Assembly: GCA_965247095.1 (NCBI GenBank)
Contig: OZ251997.1
Span: forward strand, 1,376,001-1,440,000
Source of the DNA: Candidatus Multivorans sp.
GTDB taxonomy: Bacteria; Acidobacteriota; Thermoanaerobaculia; Multivoradales; Multivoraceae
Direction: 5' to 3'
DNA: 64,000 bases
Position 1 is the first letter of the stretch. Each line of letters starts with the position of its first letter. Both the position numbers and the translations under genes were made by a program. The notes beneath the pieces were generated by a model, which saw only the letters and a program-made list of their open reading frames with translations, made no database searches and had not been told where the DNA came from. Below, in pieces: positions 21,033 through 31,706 of the stretch.

Positions 21033-22997
21033 TCACTGGGTGCGCCGCTGCGAGGATTCCTGGAAGGCCTCCGTGTCCACATCTCCGCAGATGCTCCCCT
21101 GTTCGTTGCGATAGCTCTTGGCAACGCCCGTCACGGCATCTTTGACCGTCAACGTGTACTCGACATCCGAGACACCCCCGTAGAGCAGCCAGAAGTGGCC
21201 GTTGAGCGCCCGGCCGTCGAGCACCTTCGCCGCCAACTCGATGTTGGACGGGTTGAAGAACCAGAAGAAGTCCGTCTCCGCGGTCGTCAGCGACGACGCG
21301 ACCTTTGCGGCCATCTCCTGTTCCACGTCCGGATCCGAGATGTTCGGATCGACGAAGCGAACCTCGATCGAGAAGCGGTCGTCCAGCACGCATAACCGCT
21401 CCCGACCCGCTTCACAGTGACCACCGCCATGAACGGGCCGTGCGACCCGGGTCGGATCGAAAGGCAGAGCCCGCACCCGAAGCAGATCGAGGCCGGCAGG
21501 ACCGGCGATGCCATCGGCGCGAGCCGAAGCGCCGGCACTTGCGCCGGCACTCTCCAAGAACGCCTTCGTATCGTTCCGCCCGCAAATCCGACCCTGCGGG
21601 TTGTGGTACGTCCGCTTGGCGCCGTTCGCCACGTCCCGCACCGTGATCCAGTATTCGACGTCGGAGAGCGCGCCGAAGAACACCCAGTGATTGCCATTGA
21701 GCGCGCGGCCGTCAAGGACCTTGACCACGAGTTCGATGTTGGCCGGATTGAAGAACCAGAACAGTCCGGACTCGTCCGAGACATCCACCGGGACGCTGCG
21801 ACCGATGCCGTAGTCGTCGAACCGCGTGGCGTTGGTCCAGTGCACCTGGACTTCGAAGCGGCCATCTCGCAGGCAGAGGAACTGCTCCCTGGCTCGGCAG
21901 GCACCCAGGTAACTGCCGGTGGTGGCGCTGACCTCCTCGGAGTACTCCAAGCCCCCGCCGGCCCGTTCCGCACGCAGCCGGAATGTGTAGGGCGCCCCCG
22001 TCTCGAGACCGTCTATACGCACCTGGCCCTCCGAGGCCGCGGCGGTCACCAGCCGGCGCCAGCGCGTCTGCTGGCTGCGCGCCTCGATGCTCAGTGTTCC
22101 CCTCGCAGCCTCGGCCCATTCCCCCCTCCAGAACACGATGACGGCGGTATCTCCCGACGCCTCCACCCCTACGTCTCCAACGAACCGCGGGTCCGGGTCG
22201 TCCGGGTCGTCGGATTCCAGCAGTTCGAAGGTCAGCTTCGCCATCGGCGCATCGGTGAACTTGCCCATCCCCCGGATGCTCGTGATCGTTCCCCGGGGCA
22301 CGGTTGCCGGATTGTCCAGGGAGAACTCGGTTCCGTCTTCGGTCCCGGCGTCGTAGGGAAACAGGTCGACCTCGTGGCTCGTCAACCATTCGCCCCGACC
22401 GTCGAGTAACGAAACCCCGGAGACTCCCACGAACCAGTCCGGACTGGGCGCGATCATCGTGACCAGCGTGACCAGGGGAAAGTCCCTGGCGGCCTCGAAC
22501 TCAATCGTCCCCGAGGCAGTGCCGCCACGCGGAATCGATCTCTCGAGCACGGCACGCACGTGCGGGCCGCGGCCCATCAACGCCGCCAGTTGGCCCTGAA
22601 TCCCGAGTTCCGCCACCCGTTCGAGTTCCCGGCTGGCAGTGCCGCCGCGCCTCCAGAATCTCACTTGGTCGTTGTGGACGGCGCCGATCAGCGGGGAGAA
22701 GTGCGCGCTACCCGGCAGCCCGCCCGGCGTGGCGGCGCGGGTCCAGGCACCTTCGAACGTCAGCCGGTACCTGGCCGACCCGCCGCCGGAAGACTGTGCC
22801 GCCGCGGGAGCAGCCAGCCAGCAGCAGACGCCCGCCACCGCCAGACTGCCGCCCAGGCGGCGAAGACGGTTCAGTCTCCGGGGCGTCGCAGCGTTCCCGT
22901 CAACCCGGCGTGCCGCAGGGACGGATCGGCTCGAGGAAAGCGGCAATCGCCTCGCTCCCTGGAGTTGAATCGGCCCCGTCGTCGTCCTCAACTGCAT
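21033..22997 (-). CDS. Secreted Spondin_N-domain protein with FN3 domain and two C-terminal repeats (true start probably about 22874-22900)
   Basis: AHFSPLIGAVH, LAELG, MIAPSPDWFVG, YDAGTEDG spondin motifs; GLETGAPYTFRLRA FN3; two FWFF...NIEL..KVLDGRALNG..W domains. Confidence 0.82.
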   Translation of the reverse strand: MQLRTTTGPIQLQGARRLPLSSSRSVPAARRVDGNAATPRRLNRLRRLGGSLAVAGVCCWLAAPAAAQSSGGGSARYRLTFEGAWTRAATPGGLPGSAHFSPLIGAVHNDQVRFWRRGGTASRELERVAELGIQGQLAALMGRGPHVRAVLERSIPRGGTASGTIEFEAARDFPLVTLVTMIAPSPDWFVGVSGVSLLDGRGEWLTSHEVDLFPYDAGTEDGTEFSLDNPATVPRGTITSIRGMGKFTDAPMAKLTFELLESDDPDDPDPRFVGDVGVEASGDTAVIVFWRGEWAEAARGTLSIEARSQQTRWRRLVTAAASEGQVRIDGLETGAPYTFRLRAERAGGGLEYSEEVSATTGSYLGACRAREQFLCLRDGRFEVQVHWTNATRFDDYGIGRSVPVDVSDESGLFWFFNPANIELVVKVLDGRALNGNHWVFFGALSDVEYWITVRDVANGAKRTYHNPQGRICGRNDTKAFLESAGASAGASARADGIAGPAGLDLLRVRALPFDPTRVARPVHGGGHCEAGRERLCVLDDRFSIEVRFVDPNISDPDVEQEMAAKVASSLTTAETDFFWFFNPSNIELAAKVLDGRALNGHFWLLYGGVSDVEYTLTVKDAVTGVAKSYRNEQGSICGDVDTEAFQESSQRRTQ

Positions 22998-23610
22998 CCA
23001 CCCTCCGGCTCTCCCCCGCGGGACCGAACCAGATGCCCATACGCATCCGCTCGTCCCCCGGGCAGTCGAACTCGATCAACGTCACGATCTCCCCGAACTG
23101 TTCCCCTTGCTCGAACATCGTGCTCCCGCGGAAGGTCGCCCACCGCGCGGAAACATCCTCCCGGCCCAGATCGCCGCGCCCGAGATTCTCCTCGAGATCG
23201 AACTCCAGCCCCATGTCCCGCAGGGCCGGCGCTTCCGACGTCTCACCGTCGAAGAACGCCCTCAGGTCATCGCCTCCCCACCGGGTCTGGACGTAGTAGA
23301 AGCCCCGTTCCCCGAACTCCCCGGACCAGGGTTCCGCGCCGGGAGGCAGGTCCGAGAGGACGACCATGTCGATCACGAAGGGAACGGAGATCACACCCAC
23401 CGCGTGGAACCCGCCCGGCGCCTCGTCGGCGCCCAGAATCTCGAGAGCCCGGTCCTGCCGCCGTCCGGGATCTTCGTTGTCCGCAGCAATGTTCCGAGCG
23501 GCGCGGACACCGACGAACGTGAGGCCGCCAATGACCACGACCGCAAGCACGACGAGCCCCAGGCAGCCCATGAGAACGTAGAACCAGGGCGAACGGCGCT
23601 CGGCAGCCAT
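22900..23610 (-). CDS. Hypothetical single-pass membrane protein
   Basis: N-terminal TM helix (SPWFYVLMGCLGLVVLAVVVIGG) followed by an acidic soluble domain; coding-like codon usage. Confidence 0.65.
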   Translation of the reverse strand: MAAERRSPWFYVLMGCLGLVVLAVVVIGGLTFVGVRAARNIAADNEDPGRRQDRALEILGADEAPGGFHAVGVISVPFVIDMVVLSDLPPGAEPWSGEFGERGFYYVQTRWGGDDLRAFFDGETSEAPALRDMGLEFDLEENLGRGDLGREDVSARWATFRGSTMFEQGEQFGEIVTLIEFDCPGDERMRMGIWFGPAGESRRVDAVEDDDGADSTPGSEAIAAFLEPIRPCGTPG

Positions 23611-23662
23611 GAAGGAGGGACCGTAGCACGCACCCGCGGGGCGGCAGCGCTATGCTTCGCCC

Positions 23663-24052
23663 ATGACCGGAATCGCCCGTCCCCTCGCCACCAACAACGC
23701 CTCCGGGAAGGCGGTGGTTCAGGACACCCCCCTGGAGCGGACGATCCGCGCCAAGCTCGAAGCGGCGACCGGCGCCGAAGTGCTGGAGGTTCTCAACGAG
23801 AGCCGGATGCACAACGTACCGCCCAAGGCCGAAACCCACTTCCGGGTCGTCGTCGTCAGCAGACGGTTCGAAGGCGCAACCCGGCTGCGCAGGCACCGCG
23901 TCGTCCACAGCGCCTTGGCCGATGAGTTGGCGGGGCCGGTCCACGCCCTGGCGATCGACGCCTGGACCCCCGCCGAATGGCAGGCGCGGGGCGAGAACCG
24001 GAGTCTGTCCCCGGACTGCAGGGGCGGCTCTCGGTTCGATTCCCCGGAGTAG
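23663..24052 (+). CDS. bolA: BolA family protein
   Basis: NESRMHNVP..AETHF.VVVVS..FEG...L.RHR.V, VHALAI, SPDC.GG. Confidence 0.92.
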   Translation: MTGIARPLATNNASGKAVVQDTPLERTIRAKLEAATGAEVLEVLNESRMHNVPPKAETHFRVVVVSRRFEGATRLRRHRVVHSALADELAGPVHALAIDAWTPAEWQARGENRSLSPDCRGGSRFDSPE

Positions 24053-24074
24053 CGGACCGGGAGTCCGCGCGGCG

Positions 24075-24731
24075 CTACGGCTGCGGGACGACCCGGATGT
24101 ACGGCAGGGGCTGCTGCCAGCCCTGCGGGTACTTGGCCTTGGCGGCCTCGTCCGACACGGCCGGCAGAATGATCACGTCGTCGCCCTGCTCCCAGTTCGC
24201 CGGCGTCGCCACCTGCTCCTTCGCCGTCAACTGCACGGAGTCGACCAGGCGCAGGATCTCGGCGAAGTTGCGGCCGGTGCTCATCGGGTAGGTCAGGGTC
24301 GCCTTGATCCGCTTGTCCGGGCCGATGAGGAAGACCGAACGGGCCGTGGCATTGTCCATCGGCGTGCGTCCTGCGGAGGTGTCGCCGGCATCCGCGGGCA
24401 GCATGTCGTAGCGCTTGACGATGTCCAGCGTCGGGTCCCCGATCAGCGGGTAGTTCACGGCGTGGCCCTGGGACGCCTCGATGTCCTTCGACCACGCTTC
24501 GTGGTCCGAGACGCCGTCGACGCTGATGCCGATCACCTTGCAGTTGCGCCGGTCGAACTCGCCCTTGAGACCGGCCACGGTGCCCAACTCGGTCGTGCAC
24601 ACCGGTGTGAAGTCCTTCGGATGCGAGAACAGCACGCACCAGCCGTCGCCGATCCACTCGTGGAAGTCGATCTCTCCCTCCGTGGTCTGGGCGGTGAAGT
24701 TGGGAGCCTCGTCGTTGATTCTGAGCGCCAT
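24075..24731 (-). CDS. 1-Cys peroxiredoxin (Prx6)
   Basis: FSHPKDFTPVCTTELG, YPMSTGRNF.EILR, TPANW; GGAGG RBS. Confidence 0.95.
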   Translation of the reverse strand: MALRINDEAPNFTAQTTEGEIDFHEWIGDGWCVLFSHPKDFTPVCTTELGTVAGLKGEFDRRNCKVIGISVDGVSDHEAWSKDIEASQGHAVNYPLIGDPTLDIVKRYDMLPADAGDTSAGRTPMDNATARSVFLIGPDKRIKATLTYPMSTGRNFAEILRLVDSVQLTAKEQVATPANWEQGDDVIILPAVSDEAAKAKYPQGWQQPLPYIRVVPQP

Positions 24732-24936
24732 GGTTCCTCCGGTCTATCGGGTCATCTGTTGTCTGGATCTACTTGGAAGCGGCAAAAGATGACCATTCTA
24801 GTCACGTTTGGCGCGCTTTGCGCCGGCCACGCCGGATGCGCAGGAAACCGATCGCGATAGAAACGAGCGATGCGCTTGAGATTCCGGCGAGCAGGCCATG
24901 GACTTTCGTCTGCTGACCCTCCGCCGGCTCGACTGA

Positions 24937-25392
24937 TCAGCTCGAACGCCGGTCCGTCCCGATGTCGACCTGCCGGCGCAGCTCCTCGAGCTCGCTGCGG
25001 TCCGGCCGCAGGTTGGCCGCACCGTGGATGTAGACGTGTTCGACGCCGGCAGCGGGCACGGTCGTGTTCCAGTGCAGCAAGATGCGCACGCAGCGCTCAA
25101 GGCCCCCCGGAACGGCCATTTCGTGCCCGCACATGAGCGCGGCGTCGCGCCACCCCATCAGCCGTGCCGCCAGGGCCGGATACTCCGCGGTCAGGTCGGG
25201 TGAGGTCGTGAAGATGGCGCTCGCCACGTCCTCCGGGTCGATGTCGTTGGCCTGAACCATCCGCTTGAGCAGTTCCGCGGTCGCGGTCAGGATCTCCTCC
25301 CGGCTCGAGCCCTCAACCGTCGTCGCGCCGCGGACGCCGCGGCACACCGGGTGACGCGAACGCTTGGCCTTCGTACGTGGCTTGGGAGGCAT
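24937..25392 (-). CDS. aroH: Chorismate mutase, AroH class
   Basis: [41 protein letters not shown]. Confidence 0.92.
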   Translation of the reverse strand: MPPKPRTKAKRSRHPVCRGVRGATTVEGSSREEILTATAELLKRMVQANDIDPEDVASAIFTTSPDLTAEYPALAARLMGWRDAALMCGHEMAVPGGLERCVRILLHWNTTVPAAGVEHVYIHGAANLRPDRSELEELRRQVDIGTDRRSS

Positions 25393-25451
25393 GGCGGCGA
25401 GGTCAGTGGGTTCGATCCGAGGCGGAAGGAAGCCGCGAACTGTACCGCGTC

Positions 25452-28379
25452 CTACTGCTGTTGCCCCGCCCCCTCGTCCAGGAAACGGATCAGGCTCGTG
25501 AGGTCGCTCAGGGTCATCGCGTCAAGCAGGCCCTCGGGCATGATCGACAGCGCCGACGGCTCCTGGCTGCGAATGCGCGGCCGGTCCAGGTCGAGCCGGT
25601 TGCCACCGGCATCGATGAGGGTCAACCGCGCCGCCGTGTCCTCGACCACCATGCCGCTGTGGAGACTGCCTTCGTCGAGTTCGACATCGACCGCCTGGTA
25701 TTGGTCCGAGATCACTCGTGACGGGAACATGATCGACTCCAGCACCTCGCGGCGGCGGAAGCGCGTGACCACGGTCGAGAGATCCGGGCCGCCGCCGCGG
25801 CCGATGTCTCCGAACACGTGGCAGGCCGAGCACCGGGCGCGGTGGAAGACCCGCTCGCCCTGCTCCGGGCTGTGCCGTTCGTAGGCCATCACGTCGTACT
25901 CCAGGTACTCGGCGAGTTCCTCGAAGCTCATCTGGGCGAGGTCGCTCCTGCCCGGCCGGTCACCCTCGACCTCGGTGATCAGCTCGGCGGCGCGCAGGGC
26001 GCGCTCGTTGCGCTGGAGCTCCAGCCGTTCCTCGGCGGCGCGCCGTTCTACGGCGGGGAACTGCGCCAGCACATCGTTCCAGATCGCGTCGATGTACCCC
26101 TCCATGCTCGCGGCGCCGCGGAACTCGCGCGCCGCGTCGAACCAGGCCACGACCCGCCCACGCAGTTCCGGTGTCCAGCCCCGGTCCACCGCGCGCAGGC
26201 AGTAGGCGGTGTGGATTTGCTCCGCGTCCGGTCGTTCCGCCTCCAGGCGGTCGACCATCTTCGCCAGCGCTCCCTCCGGCTGAAGGTAGGCCAGCAGCCG
26301 CTCGAGCTGCCGGTTGGCGCGGTCGTCGGCGTGCGGGTAGCGACCGAGCAGCATCGGGCCCAACCCGGAGCGGGCGTCGGCGCGGCCGGGCGCGTCCGGA
26401 TCCTCGTCGCGGATGAAGGCGACTTCCAGCATGCGCAGGAAGTCGAGTTCTCCCTCGATGTCCAGGTCGGCCTGCGCCAACTGGAACAGCTTCCCGGTGA
26501 GGAAGTTGTACTCCAGCTTGTGTTCCTGGCGGTAGATCACCGCCAGCAGGGCTTCAAAGACGCCCCGAGGACGTTGCGCCGGTGCGGCCATGATCGCCGC
26601 ATCGACCCAGTAGCCGTGGGCAATGCGCAGGATCGCTTCGCGCGCGGCGTAGCGCAGGAACCGGTCCTCGTGATCGAGCAGTTCGTACAGCGCCTCGGCG
26701 GTCGCGACCTTGAGCCCTCGGGTACGCGGATGAAGCCCCGACCGGGCCAGCGACTCGGCCGCACGCCGTGCCACCAGGGGGTCGGGATCCGCGAGTGCTG
26801 CACGAAGCGGCTCCTGCACCTGCGCGAACGTGTAGGAGCCGAGGAGCGCCGCCGCCGCCGCGCGCACCATGGGCTCGTCGCTCGAAAGCAACGCCGACGT
26901 CTCGTCCAGGGTCGGCTTTGGACCGTGGACCTGAAGCAGCTCCAGCGCCCGCTGGCGGTCGAGCGCTTCGCTGCCCGGACCGCGGACGATCCGCCACAGT
27001 TCCGGCGCCCAGGCATCGCCCGCCTCGGCCCGCGCACTCGCTATCGCCTCCCTGCCCCACCCGGAGCGCGGCATCGGCTGCCGCACTGCGCGCTCTGTGC
27101 CGGTCGCCGCCGAAGCCGCGCCCGGCTGCTCGTAGGTCACGCGGTACAACCCGCCCGAGGTCCCCCGGCCGCCGGTGGTGAAGTAGAGCCAGCCGTCCGG
27201 TCCGACATCCATGTCGGTCACGTTGAGGGGCTCGCCGAGGACGAAGTCGTGCGCTTCGCCGGTCCAGGTGGCGCCGGCCCGCTCGGGGAACAGAACCCGG
27301 ATGCGGCCCCGCGACCAGTCGCCCATGAAGTAGGCGCCCTGGTACCGCTCGGGGTAGGCGTGGTGGTAGTAGAAGGCGACGCCGACCGGCGACCCACGCC
27401 CAACATCGACGACCCCGGGCAGGGTGTCGATCTCGTAGAAGGCGAACTTCCCGGAGCCTGTGCGCCAGCCGTAGTCTCCGGCCGGAATCAGGTGAACGAC
27501 GCGGGTCGGGCGGAACCACGGCAGACCGCGGTCCCACTCCATGTCTGCCTCGTACGCGAAGACCTCACCGGCCGCACCGATGGCCAGATCGAACGGGTTG
27601 CGCAAACCCCCGGACAGCCGTTCCCAGGTGTTCGTCTCCAGGTCGACCCGATAGAGCGTGCCGCCCGGCGCGCGCAGGCTGTTGGCGTGGCCCCGCGGAT
27701 CGAGGATGCGCGGCAGGAGTTGGTCCTCTTGCAGTTCGCGCAGCGCCGACGACTCCGCCAGCCGCACATCGGGCCCGGAGTAGTTCCCGTACAGCAGGTA
27801 GAGCGCCCCGTCGGGGCCGCGCGCGATCGTATGCGGGCCGTGCTCCTGGATCCGGCCTGTCGCCCGGGCGATCTGTTCGACCGAGTCGACCCGGTCGTCG
27901 CCGTCCGTGTCCCGCAGCCGGTAGAGCCCGGTGTCCTCGACGGACCCGTTGGAGCGCACCTCGCCCTCGACGCCGGCAGCCTCTGCCAGCCGCCCGTCGC
28001 CGTTGGCGTGCACCAGCAGGTCGCCCGGTCCCATGACGTACAGGCCGTGCGCCGTCTCGACCTGGGGCGCGATGTCGATCCTGCGGTCGTAGACGCCGTC
28101 GCCGTCGCTGTCCTCGAACAGCGCCAGACCCTCGCCCTCAAGCGCCAGCAGAGGTCTGCCGGCGGCGTCGAAGGTCATGTTGACGACCGAACCGAATAGC
28201 TCGGGCGCCGCGGCCGACTCCACCCGGAAACCTTCGGCCGTGCGAAAGCGGCCTCCAGCGTAGTCGAGCCGCTCCCGCCGCGACGCGTCGTGATCGGGCA
28301 TCAGATCCTGGGCGTTGGCCCCGGCAGCAAGACCCAGAACAAGAGTCAGACCGAGAGTCTGGGAGACGGCGTTGTTCAT
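25452..28379 (-). CDS. PVC-type secreted beta-propeller dehydrogenase-like protein with HEAT repeats and C-terminal cytochrome c
   Basis: Signal peptide; EHGPH, GLRNPFD, DMEWD.G.PW.RPTR propeller; HEAT repeats; CSACH, GPDLS, S.MPEGL. Confidence 0.85.
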   Translation of the reverse strand: MNNAVSQTLGLTLVLGLAAGANAQDLMPDHDASRRERLDYAGGRFRTAEGFRVESAAAPELFGSVVNMTFDAAGRPLLALEGEGLALFEDSDGDGVYDRRIDIAPQVETAHGLYVMGPGDLLVHANGDGRLAEAAGVEGEVRSNGSVEDTGLYRLRDTDGDDRVDSVEQIARATGRIQEHGPHTIARGPDGALYLLYGNYSGPDVRLAESSALRELQEDQLLPRILDPRGHANSLRAPGGTLYRVDLETNTWERLSGGLRNPFDLAIGAAGEVFAYEADMEWDRGLPWFRPTRVVHLIPAGDYGWRTGSGKFAFYEIDTLPGVVDVGRGSPVGVAFYYHHAYPERYQGAYFMGDWSRGRIRVLFPERAGATWTGEAHDFVLGEPLNVTDMDVGPDGWLYFTTGGRGTSGGLYRVTYEQPGAASAATGTERAVRQPMPRSGWGREAIASARAEAGDAWAPELWRIVRGPGSEALDRQRALELLQVHGPKPTLDETSALLSSDEPMVRAAAAALLGSYTFAQVQEPLRAALADPDPLVARRAAESLARSGLHPRTRGLKVATAEALYELLDHEDRFLRYAAREAILRIAHGYWVDAAIMAAPAQRPRGVFEALLAVIYRQEHKLEYNFLTGKLFQLAQADLDIEGELDFLRMLEVAFIRDEDPDAPGRADARSGLGPMLLGRYPHADDRANRQLERLLAYLQPEGALAKMVDRLEAERPDAEQIHTAYCLRAVDRGWTPELRGRVVAWFDAAREFRGAASMEGYIDAIWNDVLAQFPAVERRAAEERLELQRNERALRAAELITEVEGDRPGRSDLAQMSFEELAEYLEYDVMAYERHSPEQGERVFHRARCSACHVFGDIGRGGGPDLSTVVTRFRRREVLESIMFPSRVISDQYQAVDVELDEGSLHSGMVVEDTAARLTLIDAGGNRLDLDRPRIRSQEPSALSIMPEGLLDAMTLSDLTSLIRFLDEGAGQQQ

Positions 28380-28486
28380 TGACTGCAGGTTTGCGAAACC
28401 GGTCGCCTATCGCCGTTGACCTTGATGCGGCGGCCTTCGTCCCGGTAGGTGCGCGGCATCCTCGCGACTCTACTATCCCGAACATC

Positions 28487-28516
28487 TTGTCTTCGGGCGG
28501 CTCTCCTCCGTAGGAT
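28487..28516 (+). promoter_or_regulatory. Putative sigma70 promoter (TTGTCT-N18-TAGGAT) 9 nt before the start codon
   Basis: Same geometry as 48411-48440 and 52184-52213; no SD between the -10 element and the GTG. Confidence 0.5.
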
Positions 28517-28525
28517 GGTGGCGCT

Positions 28526-29761
28526 GTGCCCGACGCACCCTGCACCATCGCGGTTCTGGCCACCCTCGACACGAAGGGCGGCGAAGCCTCCTATCTGGTG
28601 GATCGCATCGTTCGCGACTGGGGCTGCCGGGCGTTCGTCATCGACCTCGGCATCGGCGAGCCCGCGCTCGACGGAAGCTGGCTCCCCGACGTGAGCCGCC
28701 GCGAGGTCGCCAATGCCGGTGGCGAGAAGATCGAGCAACTGGTCCAGGCGGCCGACCGCAAGCGGGCGATCGCGGCGATGTCCGCCGGCGCCGAGGAGGT
28801 CGTCCGCCGCAGCTACGGTCACGCCAGCTTCGACGCAATCGTGGGCCTGGGCGACCGGTCCGGCACCGCGATGGCGACGACCGCGATGCGCGCGCTGCCC
28901 CTGGGCGTACCCAAGGTCATGGTGTCCACCATGGCCGGGGGCGACGCATCCGGCTACGTCGGCGTCATGGACATCGTCATGGTGCCGTCGATCGTCGACA
29001 TCGACGGCATCAACCGGATCAGCCGCCAGATCCTGAGCCGCACCGCCGCCGCGGTCTGCGCCATGGCCCGGGTACAAACCACTGGCGGCGATGACCGTCC
29101 TCTGATCGCTGTTTCCACGTTTCGCAGCGCCACCCCCTGCGTGGACGCCTGCCGGCGCCAACTTGAAACCGAGGGGCTCGAGGTCCTCGTCTTTGACGCC
29201 ACCGGCGCCGGCGGCCGCACGATGGAGAGTTTGATCGAGGCCGGTTTCGTGCGCGGCGTACTGGACCTGACCACCACGGAGTGCGCCGATGAACTGGTCG
29301 GCGGCGTGCGTACCGCGGGTCCGTCCCGCCTGGAGGCCGCCGCCAAGAGCGCTACACCCGCCGTCGTTGTGCCCGGCTGCCTGGACATGGTCAGCTTCTT
29401 CTCCCGGGACACCGTCCCGGCCGAGTTCGAGGGCCGCACCTTCCACCACCAGAGCGACAACATGACCCTGATGCGCACGTCGCCGAGGGAGTGCGCCGAG
29501 CTCGGCCAAGTCCTCGCCTCCAAGCTGAACGCCTCCACCGGTCCGGTCGAGGTCTACCTGCCGCTCGGCGGCGTCTCCAACCTCGCCGCTCCCGGCGGAC
29601 CGTTCCACGACCCGGCCGCCGACGCCGCCCTGTTCTCCGCCCTGCGCAAGAATCTGAGGCGGGCGGTGCCGGTCACCGAGATCGACGTGAACATCAACGA
29701 CCCCCGTTTCTCCTACGCCGTCAGCGACGCGATGCTGCGTCTGGTGCGCGACGCGAACTGA
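28526..29761 (+). CDS. Tm-1-like ATP-binding domain protein (UPF0261)
   Basis: TLDTKG.E, AMRALPLG.PK.MVST.A.G, SIVDIDG.NRIS, VF.ATG.GGR.ME, DLTTTE.ADE, PG.LDMV.F, TLMRT. Confidence 0.88.
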   Translation: MPDAPCTIAVLATLDTKGGEASYLVDRIVRDWGCRAFVIDLGIGEPALDGSWLPDVSRREVANAGGEKIEQLVQAADRKRAIAAMSAGAEEVVRRSYGHASFDAIVGLGDRSGTAMATTAMRALPLGVPKVMVSTMAGGDASGYVGVMDIVMVPSIVDIDGINRISRQILSRTAAAVCAMARVQTTGGDDRPLIAVSTFRSATPCVDACRRQLETEGLEVLVFDATGAGGRTMESLIEAGFVRGVLDLTTTECADELVGGVRTAGPSRLEAAAKSATPAVVVPGCLDMVSFFSRDTVPAEFEGRTFHHQSDNMTLMRTSPRECAELGQVLASKLNASTGPVEVYLPLGGVSNLAAPGGPFHDPAADAALFSALRKNLRRAVPVTEIDVNINDPRFSYAVSDAMLRLVRDAN

Positions 29762-29931
29762 AGCGCAATGCCGGGCTGGACTTGTGCAGCTCGAAAGCAC
29801 GGCTCACCAAGAAGCGTGGTCGGTCAAGCGTCCTCGATCTTCGCGGCCGGATAGAGTCTCCTGGCAAGGGCCGGCTTCCGCCCCATCTTCTTCACCCGAA
29901 TCCGACCCGACTGGACGAGGAGGCAAACGTC

Positions 29932-31029
29932 ATGCTCAGTAGCCTGGAACTCAAGGGCTACCGCGGGTTCAGCAACTATCGACTGAGCAGCTTCACGCCC
30001 GTCAATCTGCTGGTCGGCGCTAACAACAGCGGCAAGACATCCATCCTCGAAGCGATTCACTTCCTCGTGTCGCGCGGGGATCCGCGGGTTCTTGCCCGGA
30101 CGGCCAACCGACGGGGCGAGGTCAACTTTCGCGAACCCGACCAGCGCCCCGTGCGCCTGCCGGACGTGTCGCATTTCTTCTTTGGACACAAGCTGGAACC
30201 CGAGGCGAGTTTCCTGCTCAACGACGACAGCGGCTATGGCCCAGTTTCCGTAAGCCTTGTAGATCCGGATACGCAAACGTCCCTTCTCCCCGAGGCACTC
30301 GCCGAAGAGGAGGGGTGGCCTGCGTTCGTGCTTGCCCTGAAGGTTGACGGCAAGGTCGGAGACCGACCTCCAGCCAACGTCCTTGCTGACGGCTCGCTCC
30401 TCCTGGCCGGCTACCCAGTGAGACGTCGATTCGGACTGGACGAGAACTCTGATCTTCCCCCGGTCGAGTTCCTGGCCATCGATGCCCCCTCCGGCACGCC
30501 CCTCGCAAGGAGTTGGGACCAAGTGCTCAGAACCAGCCGTGAGTCCGAGATCGTCTCAGCACTCAAGATCCTTGAACCGGAACTCAAGGCGATACTCTTC
30601 CTGCCGGGCACTCGGCCGTTACATTCCTCGGCATCCGGCGTCTTGCTCGACTTCGAAGACGGAGGAAAGCGAGTCCCACTGGGCAGCTACGGCGATGGCA
30701 TGCGTCGGCTGCTCGAGATGTCCGTCGCACTCGTCCATACATCCGGCGGTTTCCTCCTCATTGACGAAGTGGACACAGGTCTCCACTGGACCGCGATGGA
30801 ACCGGCTTGGCAGATGATTGTCGAGGCAGCGAGGAGGTCCTCTACGCAGGTCTTCGCAACGACTCACAGCAAGGACTGCCTCGTCGGTCTCGACTCCATG
30901 CTCCGATCGAATCCCCATCTCGCTCGCGAAGTGTCCGTTCACAAGATCGAACCGACGCTCGCTGAAGCTGTGCGTCTCGACGCCAAGTCGATCCGCACCG
31001 CGATTGATCAAGGACTCGAGATGCGATGA
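29932..31029 (+). CDS. ABC-type (AAA_15/AAA_21) ATPase
   Basis: GAGGAGG RBS; Walker A GANNSGKT, signature SYGDG, Walker B LLIDEVDTGLH, H-loop TTHS. Confidence 0.88.
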   Translation: MLSSLELKGYRGFSNYRLSSFTPVNLLVGANNSGKTSILEAIHFLVSRGDPRVLARTANRRGEVNFREPDQRPVRLPDVSHFFFGHKLEPEASFLLNDDSGYGPVSVSLVDPDTQTSLLPEALAEEEGWPAFVLALKVDGKVGDRPPANVLADGSLLLAGYPVRRRFGLDENSDLPPVEFLAIDAPSGTPLARSWDQVLRTSRESEIVSALKILEPELKAILFLPGTRPLHSSASGVLLDFEDGGKRVPLGSYGDGMRRLLEMSVALVHTSGGFLLIDEVDTGLHWTAMEPAWQMIVEAARRSSTQVFATTHSKDCLVGLDSMLRSNPHLAREVSVHKIEPTLAEAVRLDAKSIRTAIDQGLEMR

Positions 31030-31706
31030 GCGCTGCCGGCGGGAGACTGTCGGAGCTTCGCGTCGAAGGTCCGGACGACAAGCACGCGCCGATACATCTG
31101 CTTATCAGACACGGTCTGGAGTTGGAGTACGAGGAGGAGTCTTGGCCCCCGGAGCTGCCGAAGATCGAGGAGATGAAGGGGAAGGAAGGCGTCCTGGGCG
31201 GCATCTGCGATGCAGTCCGGCTCGGTACCGGCCTCACGATGGGATTCGTCCTCGACGCGAACAGCTCCTTGCAGGAGAGCTGGCAATCCGTCTCGGACCG
31301 GCTTCGATCGGTCGGAGTAGATGACATCCCGAAGACAATCCCGCAGGAAGGCTTCATCGGCGTCAGCGCCCAATTCAAGACACGTGTGGGCGTGTGGCTC
31401 ATGCCGGACAACCGCACGCAGGGAGCCTTGGAGCAGTTCCTCGAGACCCTGATCGCCGACCGCGACGCCCTCTTCGACCATGCCCGGCACGCCACAACTG
31501 CCGCCAAGGGCGCGGGAGCCCGGTTCCCTGCACGCGCTGAAGCCAAGGCTGCACTCCACGCGTGGCTTGCGTGGCAAGAGGAGCCGGGGCGCCCGTACGG
31601 AGTCGCGGTACGGGCTAAGTACTTTGGCCACGACAGCCAGGAGGCCATTGCCTTCGTCGATTGGTTTCGCCGTCTCTATCGAGTTGGCCGGGAGGCAACG
31701 GCTTAA
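31026..31706 (+). CDS. DUF3226 (TOPRIM-like) protein, partner of the ATPase
   Basis: ATGA overlap with the ATPase; VEGPDD, FVLDAN, GVWLMPDN...G.LE.FL, KA.LH.WLAWQ..PG. Confidence 0.8.
   Translation: MSAAGGRLSELRVEGPDDKHAPIHLLIRHGLELEYEEESWPPELPKIEEMKGKEGVLGGICDAVRLGTGLTMGFVLDANSSLQESWQSVSDRLRSVGVDDIPKTIPQEGFIGVSAQFKTRVGVWLMPDNRTQGALEQFLETLIADRDALFDHARHATTAAKGAGARFPARAEAKAALHAWLAWQEEPGRPYGVAVRAKYFGHDSQEAIAFVDWFRRLYRVGREATA

Noticed and set aside
25400-25445. GGTTCGATCC and GGAAGGAAGC motifs suggesting a tRNA T-arm or SRP RNA (similar GTTCGA at ~12021 and ~24034)
   Set aside because: The flanks do not form the required stems; no cloverleaf or SRP helix.
29491-29931. N-terminal extension of the ABC ATPase ORF
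   Set aside because: It overlaps the Tm-1-like gene; a strong SD and the family N-terminus point to the ATG at 29932.
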